64,000 nt of DNA from Thermostichus sp. DRC_bins_24 (GTDB taxonomy: Bacteria > Cyanobacteriota > Cyanobacteriia > Thermostichales > Thermostichaceae), in the NCBI GenBank assembly GCA_039794845.1, contig JAUQVK010000084.1, positions 14,975-78,974 on the forward strand. Reading direction: 5' to 3'. Made by a program: the position numbers and the translations under genes. Position 1 is the stretch's first letter. Every line of letters starts with the position of its first letter. Below are positions 39,700 to 51,462 of this stretch, piece after piece. The notes beneath the pieces are model-generated. The model did not search any database. It was not told the DNA's origin and saw only the letters and a list, made by a program, of their open reading frames with translations.

Positions 39700-39836
39700 A
39701 ATAGAACCCTCAGGGAACCGAGATGCCCCTGGTCAGATCGGTCGGGTGCTCCACTCGTGAGGGCCGGCAAAACTTGGGTTTGCAAAGCTGCACAGTAACC
39801 CACCCTACTTCTTTACTTCTCCACCGAGGATGCTGG

Positions 39837-40493
39837 ATGGCACTCCAACTTTTAATCTTCGACTTTGACGGCACCCTTGTTGATTCTGAGCCGGGCATTT
39901 TGGAAGCAATCCGCCATACGGTAGCAGCCCTCGATCTGCCCGAGGAGGCCGTAGAATCTTGGCGACAAATGATCGGGATCCCGTTGGAAAAACAGCTCTC
40001 GGCTCTGCTGCCGGAGAGTGCTCGGGATCGGATCCCTGAGGGAGTGGAAATTTACCGCCGTTTCTACGATGCCATTCGCCCCCATTACAGCCAGCCCTTC
40101 CCTGGCATTCTCGACCTGTTGGCCGATCTGGCAGAGCGGATCCCCTTGGCCATTGCCTCTAGCAAACGGCGGGAGTCGATTTTGCCCGTTCTCGACCAAT
40201 GGGGCTACGGTGACCTGTTTGAGCCGATCATCTCCCCCGCCGAAGTGACCCATCCCAAACCCCACCCGGACTCCGTGGAGCGGATCCTCGCCCACCATGA
40301 CCTGCTTCCCGAGCAGGCGGTTTTGATCGGGGACACCGAGTACGATATCGAAATGGCTTGTCGCGCCGGTGTCGGAGCTTGGGGGGTGGGCTGGGGGGTT
40401 CACCCTTTGGAGCGTCTGCATCAGGCCGGGGCAGAACGAGGTTTTCAGGACGTGCAGAGCTTGCACCAAGCCCTTGCGGAGCTTTGGATTTAA
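39837..40493 (+). CDS. HAD-family hydrolase (phosphoglycolate phosphatase-like)
   Basis: FDFDGTLVDS, KPHPD, IGDT..DI. Confidence 0.9.
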   Translation: MALQLLIFDFDGTLVDSEPGILEAIRHTVAALDLPEEAVESWRQMIGIPLEKQLSALLPESARDRIPEGVEIYRRFYDAIRPHYSQPFPGILDLLADLAERIPLAIASSKRRESILPVLDQWGYGDLFEPIISPAEVTHPKPHPDSVERILAHHDLLPEQAVLIGDTEYDIEMACRAGVGAWGVGWGVHPLERLHQAGAERGFQDVQSLHQALAELWI

Positions 40494-40619
40494 GAGATTT
40501 GAAAAACATTCAGAAAATCCCTCGGCTAGGCGTAATGGCTGGGCAAGTTCGGTGTAAAGCCGGATGTTCTCTTCCGGAAAGGCGCACTAGTGTAGGAGTA
40601 TTCCAACCGGATTCCTGCT

Positions 40620-41660
40620 GTGACCCATCTTTCCCTTGCCAAAGTTGAGATGCCCGGGATCATTGGAATGCCTGCGATGGCGTCTCCAGAACAAACCGAT
40701 GCCAGCCACCTTCTGGTTGTGGACGATCAACCCAACAGCCGCATGTTGCTGGGGGATCTGCTGGAGGGCATCGGCTATCGGGTTAGCGAAGCCGAAAGCG
40801 GCAATCAAGCCCTGCAAATGTTGGAAACCTTTCAACCGGATCTGATCCTGTTGGATGTAATGATGCCGGGGTTGGATGGGTTCGAGGTCTGTCGGCGCAT
40901 TAAAGCCAACGAGGAGACCCGCCTGATCCCGGTGGTGTTGATCACGGCCGCCAGCGATCGCAAAAATCGGGTGCGGGGCATCGAAGCAGGGGCAGACGAC
41001 TTTCTCAGCAAGCCCTTTGATGAGTCGGAATTGCTGGCGCGGGTGCGTTCCCTGGTTCACCAGAAGCACCTGAACGAAGACTTGGATCATGCTGCCCAAG
41101 TTCTGTTCGCCATTGCCCGCAGCGTGGAAAGCCGGGATCCCACCACAGGGGATCACTGTGAGCGCTTGGTGCAAATGGCCGAGTGCTTTGGTGAGTTTTT
41201 GCAGCTACCTCGCCACATGGTCAAAGTATTGGCTTGGGGAGGCTATCTGCACGACATTGGCAAAATTGGCGTGCCCGACGCGATCTTGGGCAAACCGGAC
41301 AAACATACCCCAGAGGAGTGGGAAGTGATGAAATCCCATGTCTTGCTCGGGGAACAAATTTGTCGCCCGCTGCGCACCATGAAGGATGTACTGCCCTTGA
41401 TCCGCCACCACCACGAACGCTGGGATGGCAGCGGTTATCCCGATGGCCTCAAGGGGGAAGAAATTCCCTTGGTAGCCCGCATCTTCCAGGTGATCGACAT
41501 TTACGATGCCCTCACCTCGGAGCGCCCCTACAAGCGAGCCTTCACGGTTCAAGAATCCATCGACATCCTGCGAGAAGAGACGGCCCGAGGCTGGCGGGAT
41601 CCCCAATTGGTGGAGTCCTTTCTCGAGTTTTTGCGAGCGCGTGTGCCCCAGTTGGATTGA
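40620..41660 (+). CDS. response regulator with an HD-GYP c-di-GMP phosphodiesterase domain
   Basis: REC (LVVDD, DLILLDVMMPG, KP); HDIGK; HHERWDGSGYP. Confidence 0.93.
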   Translation: MTHLSLAKVEMPGIIGMPAMASPEQTDASHLLVVDDQPNSRMLLGDLLEGIGYRVSEAESGNQALQMLETFQPDLILLDVMMPGLDGFEVCRRIKANEETRLIPVVLITAASDRKNRVRGIEAGADDFLSKPFDESELLARVRSLVHQKHLNEDLDHAAQVLFAIARSVESRDPTTGDHCERLVQMAECFGEFLQLPRHMVKVLAWGGYLHDIGKIGVPDAILGKPDKHTPEEWEVMKSHVLLGEQICRPLRTMKDVLPLIRHHHERWDGSGYPDGLKGEEIPLVARIFQVIDIYDALTSERPYKRAFTVQESIDILREETARGWRDPQLVESFLEFLRARVPQLD

Positions 41661-41664
41661 GCCT

Positions 41665-41973
41665 GTGGCGGGTGTGGATCCCTTACGTCGTTGTGTCAGC
41701 TGTCGCCAGTTGTTTCCCCGCTCGCAGCTGTGGCGGTTGGTCAGGCAGTTTGATTCTCACCGAGTGCTTTTGAACGAGGGGATGGGACGTTCCGCCTATC
41801 TCTGCCGCCGGTGGGAGTGCTTACAGACGGCCCAACGCAAGCAACGGCTAAGCAGAGCCCTGAAAGCACCCGTGCCCGACGCGCTCTTTCAAAGTCTTGA
41901 GCAACAGTTGCCCGCTCATTCTGCCCCCCATGGCCATCTCTTTCCCGACCAGAACCCCGGCCTTCAAGCGTAG
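41665..41973 (+). CDS. ylxR: YlxR (DUF448) family protein
   Basis: RRCVSCR, GMGRSAYLC...C, RLSRALKA; upstream of infB; start approximate. Confidence 0.85.
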   Translation: MAGVDPLRRCVSCRQLFPRSQLWRLVRQFDSHRVLLNEGMGRSAYLCRRWECLQTAQRKQRLSRALKAPVPDALFQSLEQQLPAHSAPHGHLFPDQNPGLQA

Positions 41974-42349
41974 CTCAGAAGGTAAAATGGTGTCGCCCTT
42001 TTCGAGTTCATTGAGTTACAAACTTCACGGCAACCCCCCTCAGCTGTCAGAATGGGAATCTGTCGGGCGAATTGCGGCCAGCTGTGTTCGGGCTGCAGAA
42101 AGGTTATCTTAGACTAGCGCTATCGACGTTTGTTCATTTTTCCGGTTGCCCCACTTTATGCCCCATGTGGATGTTTCCAGAGCAGCTTCGAACCTAGATT
42201 CCCTCCAGTCCGGATCCCTGGAAGTCGGTCGAGCCGCTCTCGATGCACCGGAGGAAGACCCCGTGAACCCAAAAGGTTCCACCCCCCCCATTAATGTTGA
42301 ACTAGATAGTGAAACCGACGAGGAGAAAGGAGCAGAGGCGAGCAGACGA

Positions 42350-45300
42350 ATGACCGACAAAGTTCGACTTTATGACATTGCCCGTGAGATGGGGTGCGAC
42401 AGTCGGGATATCCTGGAGATTTGTGAGCAATTGCGGATCCCCTTCAAAAGCCATAGCAGCACCATTTCCCCAGAGCAAGCGGAGCTGGTGCGCAGCAAAC
42501 TGGGCACCAGTCGTCGTCCTGTACCTGCTCAGCGGCAAACCCCCGCCGGCGAGGCGGCTGCTCCCAGTGCTCCGTCAGCCGCCAAACCCCCTTTGCAACG
42601 ACCCGAGCGGGGCTCCTCCGAAACGGTCCCCACTGCCCAGCTGATGGGCCCGCCGCGCCGACAACCGGCACCACCGCCAGCTCGTCCAACCGATGGGCCC
42701 ACCGCGCCGGGACCCGAACCCGTTCCTCCTACTCCGACACGTCCTGAGCCTCCCACGGCCAAAGCGAGTAGTTCCGAGCCCAACCCTGCTCCGGTGGTCA
42801 AGCGCCCAACCGTTTTGACTCCTCCCCGGCGAGCCACTGCTGAGCCCGAGCCTCCTGTGGAGCGTCCTGAGCCTGTGAAGCGGGCTGCCGAACAACCCGT
42901 TCATTCCAGCAACCCGCCAGAAGCCCCATCGCCTGGCCGTAGCCGTGCTCCTCGTACCCCTGAAGGGGCTCCTTCCCATCAACCCCCGCAGCGTCCCCGC
43001 CCACAGCTGGTGGGTGCGCCTGTTCGTCCGGGCAGTCGCCCCGAGCTGCGCCCGCCGGCGGCCAAAAAAGAAGAGGGCTCCGGTAGCGGCAGTAGCGGCA
43101 AAGCCAGCGAGGCTCCCCGTCCGCAGCGGCGGATGGAACTGGTAGGGCCACCCACCCGTCCGACGGCCAAGCCCGTTCTCCCCGATCTGGATGACTCCCC
43201 CCGCCTGCTGGAAGGGATCCCTGGCGAGCGTCCCAGCCCGGTGTTGGCGGATGCCCCGGTGCGTCCTACCGCTCCCAAGGTGAAGCGCAGAACTGCCGAG
43301 GAGGAAGATGAGGAGCTGCTTGCCCTGAATCGGCGCGCCGCCCGCACCCAAGCCAAACGCAAGCGCAACCGTAGGCGGGGGGAAGGGGATCCAGACAGTC
43401 TTGATCTGGATCCCATGGCTGTGATTTCGGCGGTCAAGCAGGCGGAGCTGAATGCCCTCAAACCTCTGGCTCGCCCCAGTGCCAAGCCCACTTCCTCTCG
43501 TCCCCCGGCGGCAGTTTCTGCTACCACGGCCCGCCCTCGCCCTGCTGCTCCCCGTTCTCAGCGAGAATCTGTGGCTGCCGAGGCCAACGCTGAGGTGGCT
43601 GCTGAGCCGGAAGAGAAGGTACTGCTCCTGAATGGCAGCCTTACGGTTCAGGAACTGGCCAGCCGTCTTCGCGTGGCGGAAACCGAGATCATCAAAACCC
43701 TCTTCTTCAAGGGGATCATGGTGACCATCAACCAAGTTTTGGATGAGTCGATTGCCGAATCGGTGGCCACGGAACTGGGCTACGAAATTCGTCGGCCGGA
43801 GGCAGAATCCAAGGCGAAGAAGACCGAAATGCTGGATATGGAGGATATTGACCATCTGGTCTCGCGTCCTCCGGTGGTCACGATCATGGGCCACGTTGAT
43901 CACGGTAAAACCACCTTGCTCGATGCCATCCGTGACACCAATGTTGCCCGCGGTGAAGCCGGGGGGATCACCCAGCGCATCGGAGCTTATCACGTCGACG
44001 TGGATTTTGAGGGACAAACCCGCCGTGTGGTTTTCCTCGATACGCCCGGCCACCAAGCCTTTACCGCCATGCGCGCCCGTGGCACCCGCGTCACCGACAT
44101 CGCCATCTTGGTGGTGGCCGCCGACGATGGGGTACAGCCGCAAACCCTGGAGGCGATCAGCCACGCACGGGCAGCCCAGGTGCCGATCATCGTCGCCATC
44201 AACAAAATCGACAAGCCGGACAGTCAGCCGGATCGCATTAAGCAGCAGCTTTCGGAGCACGGCCTGCTGCCGGAAGAGTGGGGTGGGGATACCCCGATGG
44301 TGGAGGTGAGCGCCCTGGCTCGCCTGAATCTCGACAGCTTGCTGGAGATGATCCTGCTGGTGGCGGATGTGGCCGAGCTCCAGGCCAACCCCAATCGCCC
44401 TGCCCGTGGCACTGTGGTGGAAGCTCACCTGGACAAGGCCCGTGGCCCCGTGGCTACCCTGCTGGTGCAAAATGGCACGCTGCGGGTGGGTGAGACTTTG
44501 GTGGCCGGTGCGGTGCTGGGCCGGGTCAAAGCGATGGTGGATGACCGGGGCAACCGCCTGCAGGAAGCCGGGCCCTCTTCGGCCGTACAGTTGTTGGGCT
44601 TGGATGAAGTGCCGGCGGCGGGAGATGAGTTCCAGGTTTACCCAGACGAAAAAGAAGCCCGTCGCATTGCCCAGGAACGGGCCGATGCCCTGCGGCAAAC
44701 CCGTCTTCAGCAGGCGCTCCTATCCCGCCGAGTCAGCTTGGGCAGCATTTCCGCCAAAGCCCAAGAAGGTCAGTTGAAGGAACTCAACCTGATTCTGAAA
44801 ACCGATGTTCAGGGATCCGCCGAAGCCATTCAGGCGGCGTTGCAGGAGCTGCCCCAAGAGGAGGTGCAACTGCGGGTGTTGTTGGCCTCCGCCGGTGAGA
44901 TTACCGAGACGGATGTGGACTTGGCAGCAGCCAGTGAGGCGATTATCCTCGGCTTCAACACCAGCATGGCCCCCGGCTCCCGCCAGGCGGCAGACGAAAA
45001 AGGGGTGGATGTGCGCGAGTACGACATCATCTACAACCTGCTCGACGATCTGCGGGCCGCCATGGAAGGCTTGCTGGATCCCGAAGAGGTGGAGGAGCCC
45101 CTGGGTCAAGCAGAAGTGCGGATGGTGATCCCGATTGGGCGTGGCGCCATTGCCGGTAGCTACGTCCTCTCCGGCAAGGTGCAGCGGAATGCCTTGGTGC
45201 GCGTTCGCCGTAAGGGTGAGGTGATTCACGAAGGTCGCCTTGATTCCCTGAAGCGCTTCAAAGATGATGTGCGGGAAGTGGCCTCGGGCTTCGAGTGTGG

Positions 45301-45394
45301 GATCGGCATCGATAAGTTCCAAGCTTGGCAAGAGGGGGACATCATCGAGGTGTACCAGATGATCTCGAAGCGCCGCACCCTGACCCCTGCCTAA
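42350..45394 (+). CDS. infB: translation initiation factor IF-2
   Basis: [13 protein letters not shown], Pro-rich N-region, [18 protein letters not shown]. Confidence 0.97.
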   Translation: MTDKVRLYDIAREMGCDSRDILEICEQLRIPFKSHSSTISPEQAELVRSKLGTSRRPVPAQRQTPAGEAAAPSAPSAAKPPLQRPERGSSETVPTAQLMGPPRRQPAPPPARPTDGPTAPGPEPVPPTPTRPEPPTAKASSSEPNPAPVVKRPTVLTPPRRATAEPEPPVERPEPVKRAAEQPVHSSNPPEAPSPGRSRAPRTPEGAPSHQPPQRPRPQLVGAPVRPGSRPELRPPAAKKEEGSGSGSSGKASEAPRPQRRMELVGPPTRPTAKPVLPDLDDSPRLLEGIPGERPSPVLADAPVRPTAPKVKRRTAEEEDEELLALNRRAARTQAKRKRNRRRGEGDPDSLDLDPMAVISAVKQAELNALKPLARPSAKPTSSRPPAAVSATTARPRPAAPRSQRESVAAEANAEVAAEPEEKVLLLNGSLTVQELASRLRVAETEIIKTLFFKGIMVTINQVLDESIAESVATELGYEIRRPEAESKAKKTEMLDMEDIDHLVSRPPVVTIMGHVDHGKTTLLDAIRDTNVARGEAGGITQRIGAYHVDVDFEGQTRRVVFLDTPGHQAFTAMRARGTRVTDIAILVVAADDGVQPQTLEAISHARAAQVPIIVAINKIDKPDSQPDRIKQQLSEHGLLPEEWGGDTPMVEVSALARLNLDSLLEMILLVADVAELQANPNRPARGTVVEAHLDKARGPVATLLVQNGTLRVGETLVAGAVLGRVKAMVDDRGNRLQEAGPSSAVQLLGLDEVPAAGDEFQVYPDEKEARRIAQERADALRQTRLQQALLSRRVSLGSISAKAQEGQLKELNLILKTDVQGSAEAIQAALQELPQEEVQLRVLLASAGEITETDVDLAAASEAIILGFNTSMAPGSRQAADEKGVDVREYDIIYNLLDDLRAAMEGLLDPEEVEEPLGQAEVRMVIPIGRGAIAGSYVLSGKVQRNALVRVRRKGEVIHEGRLDSLKRFKDDVREVASGFECGIGIDKFQAWQEGDIIEVYQMISKRRTLTPA

Positions 45395-45509
45395 CGCTGC
45401 ACAGAAAAGGCATAGGCTCCGTCAGTACAGTAGGCTTAGTCTTGCACGGGATCCCGACCACCCAAAGGGATCCCTGATGGAGATCTCAGCTTGAAGATGG
45501 GGAGAAAAG

Positions 45510-47330
45510 ATGCGACTGAGCCAGATGTTGTTTGTAACCCTGCGGGAGGATCCCGCCGAGGCAGAGTTGCCCAGCCATAAGCTGCTGTTGCGGGGCTGTT
45601 TTATCCGGCGGCTTTCCCCTGGCATTTACACCTATCTCCCCTTGCTCTGGCGGGTGTTGCAGAAGATCTCAGAGATTGTCCGGCAGGAGATGAACGCCAT
45701 CGGCGGGCAAGAATGTTTGCTGCCCCAGCTACAACCGGCGGAGATTTGGCGGGAATCCGGGCGTTGGGATGTCTACACCCAGGCGGAAGGGATCATGTTT
45801 GCCCTCACGGATCGGCAGGGGCGGGAACAGGGCCTCGGCCCCACCCACGAAGAAGTGATCACCCTTCTGGCCCGGGATCTAATCCGTTCCTACCGGCAGT
45901 TGCCCCAAACCCTCTACCAAATTCAGACCAAATTCCGGGATGAGATTCGGCCCCGCTTTGGCCTAATGCGCGGTCGAGAATTCATCATGAAGGATGCCTA
46001 CTCCTTTCATGTGGACGAAGAAAGCCTGCGGCAGACCTATCAGGACATGTATCGGGCCTACAGCCGCATCCTCACCCGCTGTGGTCTGCAATTTCGGGTG
46101 GTGGATGCCGATGCCGGCGCCATTGGCGGGCCTTCGGCGGCTTCCCAGGAGTTTATGGTGTTGGCCTCCGCCGGCGAAGATGACATTCTCTACACCCCGG
46201 ATGGCTCCTACGCCGCCAATGTGGAAAAAGCCGTTTCTCTGCCTCCAGAGGCGGCGGTTTCTCCCTACGAAGCCTTTCAGGTGTTGGATACCCCCGGCAC
46301 CGACACCATCGAAGCCCTGGCCCAGTTCCTCAAGATTTCCCCCACGATCATTGTCAAAAATGTTCTGTATCAAGCCCTCTACGACAATGGCATACGGGTG
46401 GCGGTGCTGCTCAGCCTTCGGGCCGATCAAGAGGTGAATGAGGTGAAGCTCTCCAACCATCTCAGCCGGTTGGCGGAGCGCTATCAAGCCAGCAAACTGC
46501 TCACCCTCACCCTGGCCGATGCCAATATCCAAGCCAGTTGGCAAGGGGATCCCGTCCCGGTCGGTTATATTGCTCCCGATCTGCCGGACAGCTGCCTGGG
46601 CCAAAACCAGAAAAACCTGGCCCCTAGAATCCTGCGCTTGGCAGATCAAACGGCGGCCCTGCTGAAGAACTTTGTAACCGGCGCTAACCAAGTAGGCAAG
46701 CACGTGGCGGGAGCCAACTGGGGCGAGCAGTACCTCTTACCAGAGGTGGTGGATGTGCGCAAAGCCCGGGCGGGAGATCGCTCCCTTTTGAACCCCGAAC
46801 AGATTCTGGAAACCACCCGCGGCATCGAGATCGGGCATATCTTCCAGTTGGGGCGCAAATTTTCCGTGCCCATGCAGGCCACCTTCACCGACGAACAGGG
46901 ATCCGAGCATCCCCTGTGGATGGGCTGCTACGGCATTGGGGTGTCTCGCTTGGCCCAGGCCGCCGTGGAACAATCCCACGATGCCAACGGTATCATCTGG
47001 CCGGTGGCCATCGCCCCCTACCATGTGGTGGTGGTGGTGCCCAATGTTGCCGATGCACAGCAGATGAGCATAGCCGAGAAGCTGGTGAGGGAGCTGACGG
47101 CGGCGGGCATCGAAACCCTCTGGGATGACCGCGATGAGCGGGCCGGTGTGAAATTCAAAGATGCGGATTTGATCGGGATCCCCTACCGCATCACTACGGG
47201 TCGCAGCCTCAAGCAGGGCAAGGTGGAACTGACCGAACGGGCCACCGGCCAAGCCACGGAAGTACCGATTGCAGAGGTGGTGACCACCCTTAAGGAGCGG
47301 ATCGAGGCGGCCCTAGCTGTGCCAGACTGA
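45510..47330 (+). CDS. proS: proline--tRNA ligase
   Basis: [34 protein letters not shown]. Confidence 0.97.
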   Translation: MRLSQMLFVTLREDPAEAELPSHKLLLRGCFIRRLSPGIYTYLPLLWRVLQKISEIVRQEMNAIGGQECLLPQLQPAEIWRESGRWDVYTQAEGIMFALTDRQGREQGLGPTHEEVITLLARDLIRSYRQLPQTLYQIQTKFRDEIRPRFGLMRGREFIMKDAYSFHVDEESLRQTYQDMYRAYSRILTRCGLQFRVVDADAGAIGGPSAASQEFMVLASAGEDDILYTPDGSYAANVEKAVSLPPEAAVSPYEAFQVLDTPGTDTIEALAQFLKISPTIIVKNVLYQALYDNGIRVAVLLSLRADQEVNEVKLSNHLSRLAERYQASKLLTLTLADANIQASWQGDPVPVGYIAPDLPDSCLGQNQKNLAPRILRLADQTAALLKNFVTGANQVGKHVAGANWGEQYLLPEVVDVRKARAGDRSLLNPEQILETTRGIEIGHIFQLGRKFSVPMQATFTDEQGSEHPLWMGCYGIGVSRLAQAAVEQSHDANGIIWPVAIAPYHVVVVVPNVADAQQMSIAEKLVRELTAAGIETLWDDRDERAGVKFKDADLIGIPYRITTGRSLKQGKVELTERATGQATEVPIAEVVTTLKERIEAALAVPD

Positions 47331-47352
47331 GCGTGGTTTCCGTTGGGCCTCA

Positions 47353-47964
47353 ATGCTGAACATTTCCATCCTGAAAGAAGACGAATCTTACACGTTTCGC
47401 TCTTATTTCGAGATGCCCTACGAGCCAGACGAGATCCTGGCCCAATTCGGCTATCGACTGGAAATAGGGGAGTGGGAATGGCCCGCCGCCCCTGCCCCAC
47501 CCCAAACCCAAACCCTGAAAGAACGAATCCGCCAGTTGCTGCCTCTGGTCAGCCTCAGCAGCGAAACGGCGCGGCGAGAACTGCTGGTTGCCCCTGTACT
47601 CACCGAAGTGGCCCTTCATTGTCGAGTCCCTTTGCGATTGGAGTATCCCCTGATGGTAAACAATTGGCTGAAGGGCAGCCTTGATTACCTCATGCGAGGG
47701 AAATACACTCTGTTGGTGGTTGAGGCCAAAAAAGATGACCTAACCCGGGGCTTTGTGCAGATGGCGGTTGAGATGATCGCCCTCGCCCAGGTGGAACAGC
47801 ATCCTCAGATCTACGGTGCAATCACCATCGGATCCATCTGGCAATTCGGCCAAATCCTTGTGGAGGAAAAGGTAATCAAACAAGATCTGACCTTGTACCG
47901 AGTACCCGAAGAACTGGAGACCATTGTGGGTATTCTCACGGGAATTGTTGGTGACGGTCGCTAA
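47353..47964 (+). CDS. PD-(D/E)XK nuclease-like cyanobacterial hypothetical protein
   Basis: SETARRELLVAPVL, GSLDY, VVEAKKDD, YGAITIG..WQF. Confidence 0.7.
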   Translation: MLNISILKEDESYTFRSYFEMPYEPDEILAQFGYRLEIGEWEWPAAPAPPQTQTLKERIRQLLPLVSLSSETARRELLVAPVLTEVALHCRVPLRLEYPLMVNNWLKGSLDYLMRGKYTLLVVEAKKDDLTRGFVQMAVEMIALAQVEQHPQIYGAITIGSIWQFGQILVEEKVIKQDLTLYRVPEELETIVGILTGIVGDGR

Positions 47965-47970
47965 CAATCT

Positions 47971-48261
47971 ATGAATCTCTCATACATCTCTATGGATCGA
48001 GAAACGGGCTGGTTTGGATTGAAGTTGATGGTGGCTGCTGCCGGGATTAGCGTGGCGGTGAAATACGGCGGACCTTACTTGGCTCTGCCGGAAACCATGC
48101 CTGTGGTAATCGGGATGATCCTTTTGCCGACTGCGATCATGGCCGGGATTCTTTACCGTTGGCAAAGGAACTCGGCTTCTGCACCAAAAAATTTGCAGGG
48201 ATCCCCGACCTCAACACAAGGACTAACGCCAGAAGAGAGCCCCCAATCGGAATGCGATTAA
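47971..48261 (+). CDS. small 2-TM hypothetical protein
   Basis: Two hydrophobic helices around KYGGP. Confidence 0.6.
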   Translation: MNLSYISMDRETGWFGLKLMVAAAGISVAVKYGGPYLALPETMPVVIGMILLPTAIMAGILYRWQRNSASAPKNLQGSPTSTQGLTPEESPQSECD

Positions 48262-48293
48262 GAACTTGCTTAAGAACTTGCTTAAGAACTTGC
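48258..48293. repeat. 12-bp tandem repeat x3
   Basis: TTAAGAACTTGC. Confidence 0.9.
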
Positions 48294-48408
48294 TATTGAG
48301 AACTGGCGAAAGCGTTCTCGACCTGAAGATAGATCCTGTAGTGGGATGGGTAGCCACAGCAGCCTCTTACAGAATCAACTTGCAGGATCGATTAGGACTC
48401 GTACCCCC

Positions 48409-50037
48409 TCAAAACCCGTCTTCGTCGAGAACCTGCACATTCTGCACAATGCGGGAGAGCTCGTTTTTCTCATCCACATTGATACGGGTCGGGGATCCAC
48501 TGATGATGCGCTCGTAGCCCCGGAAGGAGTCGCGGATTTGGATACCGGCGTTGGAGATGAGATATTCACGGATACCTTTGTCGTGCCAGGATCCCCGCAT
48601 TTTGAAGACATTGAGGGCACGGGCCATTTCGCCCCGGATCTCCACATATTGCAGCAGGATGATCGTGTCGGTGATGGTGGAAATGTGGGATTCGGTAATG
48701 GAATGGGATCCCATGAATTGGTCGGTGGTGTTGGTGAAAAAGCCGGTGATTTCCTCTTGCTTGGCCAGCCCGGTTACCCCGATTACAAACTGACGGAAGG
48801 CATTTTGACTCACCCCCCGCGCCAAGGCCGAAAGGGAATCGATGGCGATGCGGGAGGGTTTGAACCCCATCATTTCGGTTTTGATCTTCTGCAGGTGATC
48901 TTCCAAGCCGGCCGACTCGGGATAGGCGCAGATGATCTTCAGTAACCCCTGTCGCTCGAATTCTTCCAGGTCAATGCCCCAAGAGGAAGCATTGCGGGAC
49001 AGTTGAGCCCGCGATTCTTCATAGGCAAACAGGATGCAGCGTTCTCCGTCCAGGCAGCCCCGCTCCAGAAACTTGCTCACCAGCGAGGTTTTGCCGGTGC
49101 CGGTCGCACCTGTGGCCAGGATGATCGAGTCTTTGAAGAAGCCACCGCCGCACATTTCGTCCAGCCTTTCAATGCCGGAAGACACCCGCACATTGGAGGA
49201 GCGCTGTGTCAGTTGCATAGCCCCCAAGGGGAAGATGTTAATGCCGTCATTGGTGATGGTGAAGGGATACTCCCCCTTCATGTGGGTGGTGCCCCGCAGC
49301 TTTAAGATCTCAATGGTGCGCCGCCGCTTCTCCCCTTCTAGGATGTTGCGCAGGACCACGACATTGTCGGAGACAAATTCTTCCACCCCAAAGCGAGCAA
49401 TCGGGCCGTACTCATCGGTGCGCTCTGTGGTCATCACGGTGGTGACGTTGGCCTGCTTGAGGCGGGCAGTGAGGCGAAACAACTCTCGCCGGACAATGCC
49501 GGCAGGATCGTATTGCTGGAAGATGGCGGTGACCGAGTCGATGGAGACCCGTTTGGCCTTGTACTTACGAATGGCGTACTGAATGCGCTCGATCAGAGCG
49601 GACAGATCAAAGTTACCGCTCACTTCGTAGCCTTCCGGGTCGGGGGAGGCATCGAGAATAAACAGTTGCCCTTTGTCAATCAACGCTTGCAGATCCCAGC
49701 CAAAACTGGAGGCGTTGCGAATAATATCGACGGGGGTCTCTTCGAAAGTGACGAAAATGCCCGGCTCTTGAAACTGAACGATGCCGTTGTAAAGGAATTG
49801 AATGGCAAACAGGGTTTTGCCGGTGCCGGAGGTGCCACTGACCAGGGTGGTACGACCCAAGGGTAAGCCATCGTGGCTGATGTCGTCGAAACCCTCAATG
49901 CCCGTGGGTTTTTTCGGGATCCCGCGCGGCTCGGAAAGCCCCCTACGACGGCCGGCTAGAGTGGGCTCGGCGGTGGTCTCCGAGGCGTTGCTCTGTGGTT
50001 TTTGGGGCTCAGAAGACCCAGATGGCTGACTCATCAC
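48409..50037 (-). CDS. kaiC: circadian clock protein KaiC
   Basis: Two RecA domains (GTSGTGKT, GATGTGKT); SHISTITD phosphosites. Confidence 0.98.
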   Translation of the reverse strand: MMSQPSGSSEPQKPQSNASETTAEPTLAGRRRGLSEPRGIPKKPTGIEGFDDISHDGLPLGRTTLVSGTSGTGKTLFAIQFLYNGIVQFQEPGIFVTFEETPVDIIRNASSFGWDLQALIDKGQLFILDASPDPEGYEVSGNFDLSALIERIQYAIRKYKAKRVSIDSVTAIFQQYDPAGIVRRELFRLTARLKQANVTTVMTTERTDEYGPIARFGVEEFVSDNVVVLRNILEGEKRRRTIEILKLRGTTHMKGEYPFTITNDGINIFPLGAMQLTQRSSNVRVSSGIERLDEMCGGGFFKDSIILATGATGTGKTSLVSKFLERGCLDGERCILFAYEESRAQLSRNASSWGIDLEEFERQGLLKIICAYPESAGLEDHLQKIKTEMMGFKPSRIAIDSLSALARGVSQNAFRQFVIGVTGLAKQEEITGFFTNTTDQFMGSHSITESHISTITDTIILLQYVEIRGEMARALNVFKMRGSWHDKGIREYLISNAGIQIRDSFRGYERIISGSPTRINVDEKNELSRIVQNVQVLDEDGF

Positions 50038-50061
50038 ACTCTCCTCACTCCGTAGCGCGTT

Positions 50062-50370
50062 TCAAGCCTCTTCGTCCAATTCTTCGTAGAGCAAATCCAG
50101 GCCAATCAACACCTTCTCACGGTTCGACAAATCGCCGATGATCTTACGTACGGGTGGTGGCAGGATTTTGGCCAAAGTCGGCGTTGCCAAGATCTTATCC
50201 TCCTCTGCCAGTTGCGGATTTTTCAAGACGTCGATGACCTTGAGGCTGTACACGCCGCGAAACTCTTTCTCCAAAATGTCTTGTAGGGTATTAAGGGCAC
50301 GCAGAGAATTGGGGGTATTGCCCGCCACGTAGAGTTTGAGAACATAGGCTTTGCGAGTTTCGGCAGACAT
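50062..50370 (-). CDS. kaiB: circadian clock protein KaiB
   Basis: [21 protein letters not shown]. Confidence 0.98.
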   Translation of the reverse strand: MSAETRKAYVLKLYVAGNTPNSLRALNTLQDILEKEFRGVYSLKVIDVLKNPQLAEEDKILATPTLAKILPPPVRKIIGDLSNREKVLIGLDLLYEELDEEA

Positions 50371-50373
50371 GAT

Positions 50374-51462
50374 TCAGGGATCCCTTAGGGCAGGTTTGGG
50401 AATGGAGCGGCGGTACATTTCGCTCAGGTGAGCCATGACATCGATCAGGGTAATGCGATAGTCGAGCAGGATCTCTTCGCTGCGCCCTTCCAGTTTCAAT
50501 TGTTTGGCAAAGTCCTCCATCAGGCCCATGTGCAGCTCCAAGAGTTGGGCGGCGCCAATATCGGCAAAAAAGGCCAAAGCAACCAGCTCGTCGATGCGGG
50601 CGTTGGCGGTTTCGGGAGACTGGAAATACTCCAAGATGATGGTTTGATACAGACCCCGCAGCCGCTGCATCAGGGCCCGCCGTTCTGGGTCAGAAAGGTG
50701 TCGATAGAACAGCGCCGGGTCACGGTGATAATACACTCCGGCATAGCCCAGCCGTTCTCGCAGTTTTTCTGCCAGACGCTGCTGTTGCTGGTTGGTACGG
50801 GCCAGGTAGGCTTGTTCTTTCGGATACGCTTGGCCCTGAGGTAGACCGCAGGTGGGAGAAACCTGCAAAAACAGGGCGATGGCCCGCTCGATCAACAGTT
50901 CCAGCGGAGAGATACTATTGCGGTGGGTATGAACGAGCAGGTCTCGCGGCGCTAGGGAGCGCACCAAAGTGGCGTTGTGGTAAAAAAATTGCTCCCGTTT
51001 CAGAAGGGCTCTGACGGTGGCTACATGGGAAGGATTTTGGGGGGGTTGGGGGTGCTCGTGCTGAGGACAGGTTGCCTCTGGGGCAAGCTCGGGTTCCGAG
51101 GGCTCTAGGATCAGGGCCAAGACGGTAGGCAACAGCAGCCCCCATTCGCACAGTTGATTGCCGATGTGCTCCAGCTGATCCAGCCGGGTCGGATCCATCA
51201 GCAGCACCAAGCAGTCGATGCTGCCATTCTGTTGGTGCAGGTGCTGGAGAAAGAGATCTGGCTCGCGGAAACTTTCGCCGGAAAAGCGTTCTGGCGGCAG
51301 AATTGACTCACAAGCCAGCGGTTCTCCATCTGGTGGATCCCAGGCTTGCAGCAGGCAAATACGCAGTGGCTGTGTACCGGAGTTCAACGAGAAGCAAACG
51401 GAGGGGCAAATGGAGGAGTTTTCCCATTGTAAATCCGGGTGGGATCCTCTGGCCTCGGCCAT
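50374..51462 (-). CDS. kaiA: circadian clock protein KaiA
   Basis: QQRLAEKLRERLGYAGVYY, LLDYRITLIDVMAHLSEMYRRSIP; start uncertain. Confidence 0.93.
   Translation of the reverse strand: MAEARGSHPDLQWENSSICPSVCFSLNSGTQPLRICLLQAWDPPDGEPLACESILPPERFSGESFREPDLFLQHLHQQNGSIDCLVLLMDPTRLDQLEHIGNQLCEWGLLLPTVLALILEPSEPELAPEATCPQHEHPQPPQNPSHVATVRALLKREQFFYHNATLVRSLAPRDLLVHTHRNSISPLELLIERAIALFLQVSPTCGLPQGQAYPKEQAYLARTNQQQQRLAEKLRERLGYAGVYYHRDPALFYRHLSDPERRALMQRLRGLYQTIILEYFQSPETANARIDELVALAFFADIGAAQLLELHMGLMEDFAKQLKLEGRSEEILLDYRITLIDVMAHLSEMYRRSIPKPALRDP

Noticed and set aside
42146..42349. 68-aa N-terminal extension of IF-2 from a TTG start
   Set aside because: The conserved IF-2 N-domain begins at MTDKVRLY (42350), behind a purine-rich RBS region.
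42575..44698. 707-aa minus-strand ORF
   Set aside because: Antisense shadow of GC-rich infB with no recognisable motifs. The same applies to the long antisense ORFs over the FAD oxidoreductase, metG, proS, valS, kaiC and the nucleoside hydrolase.
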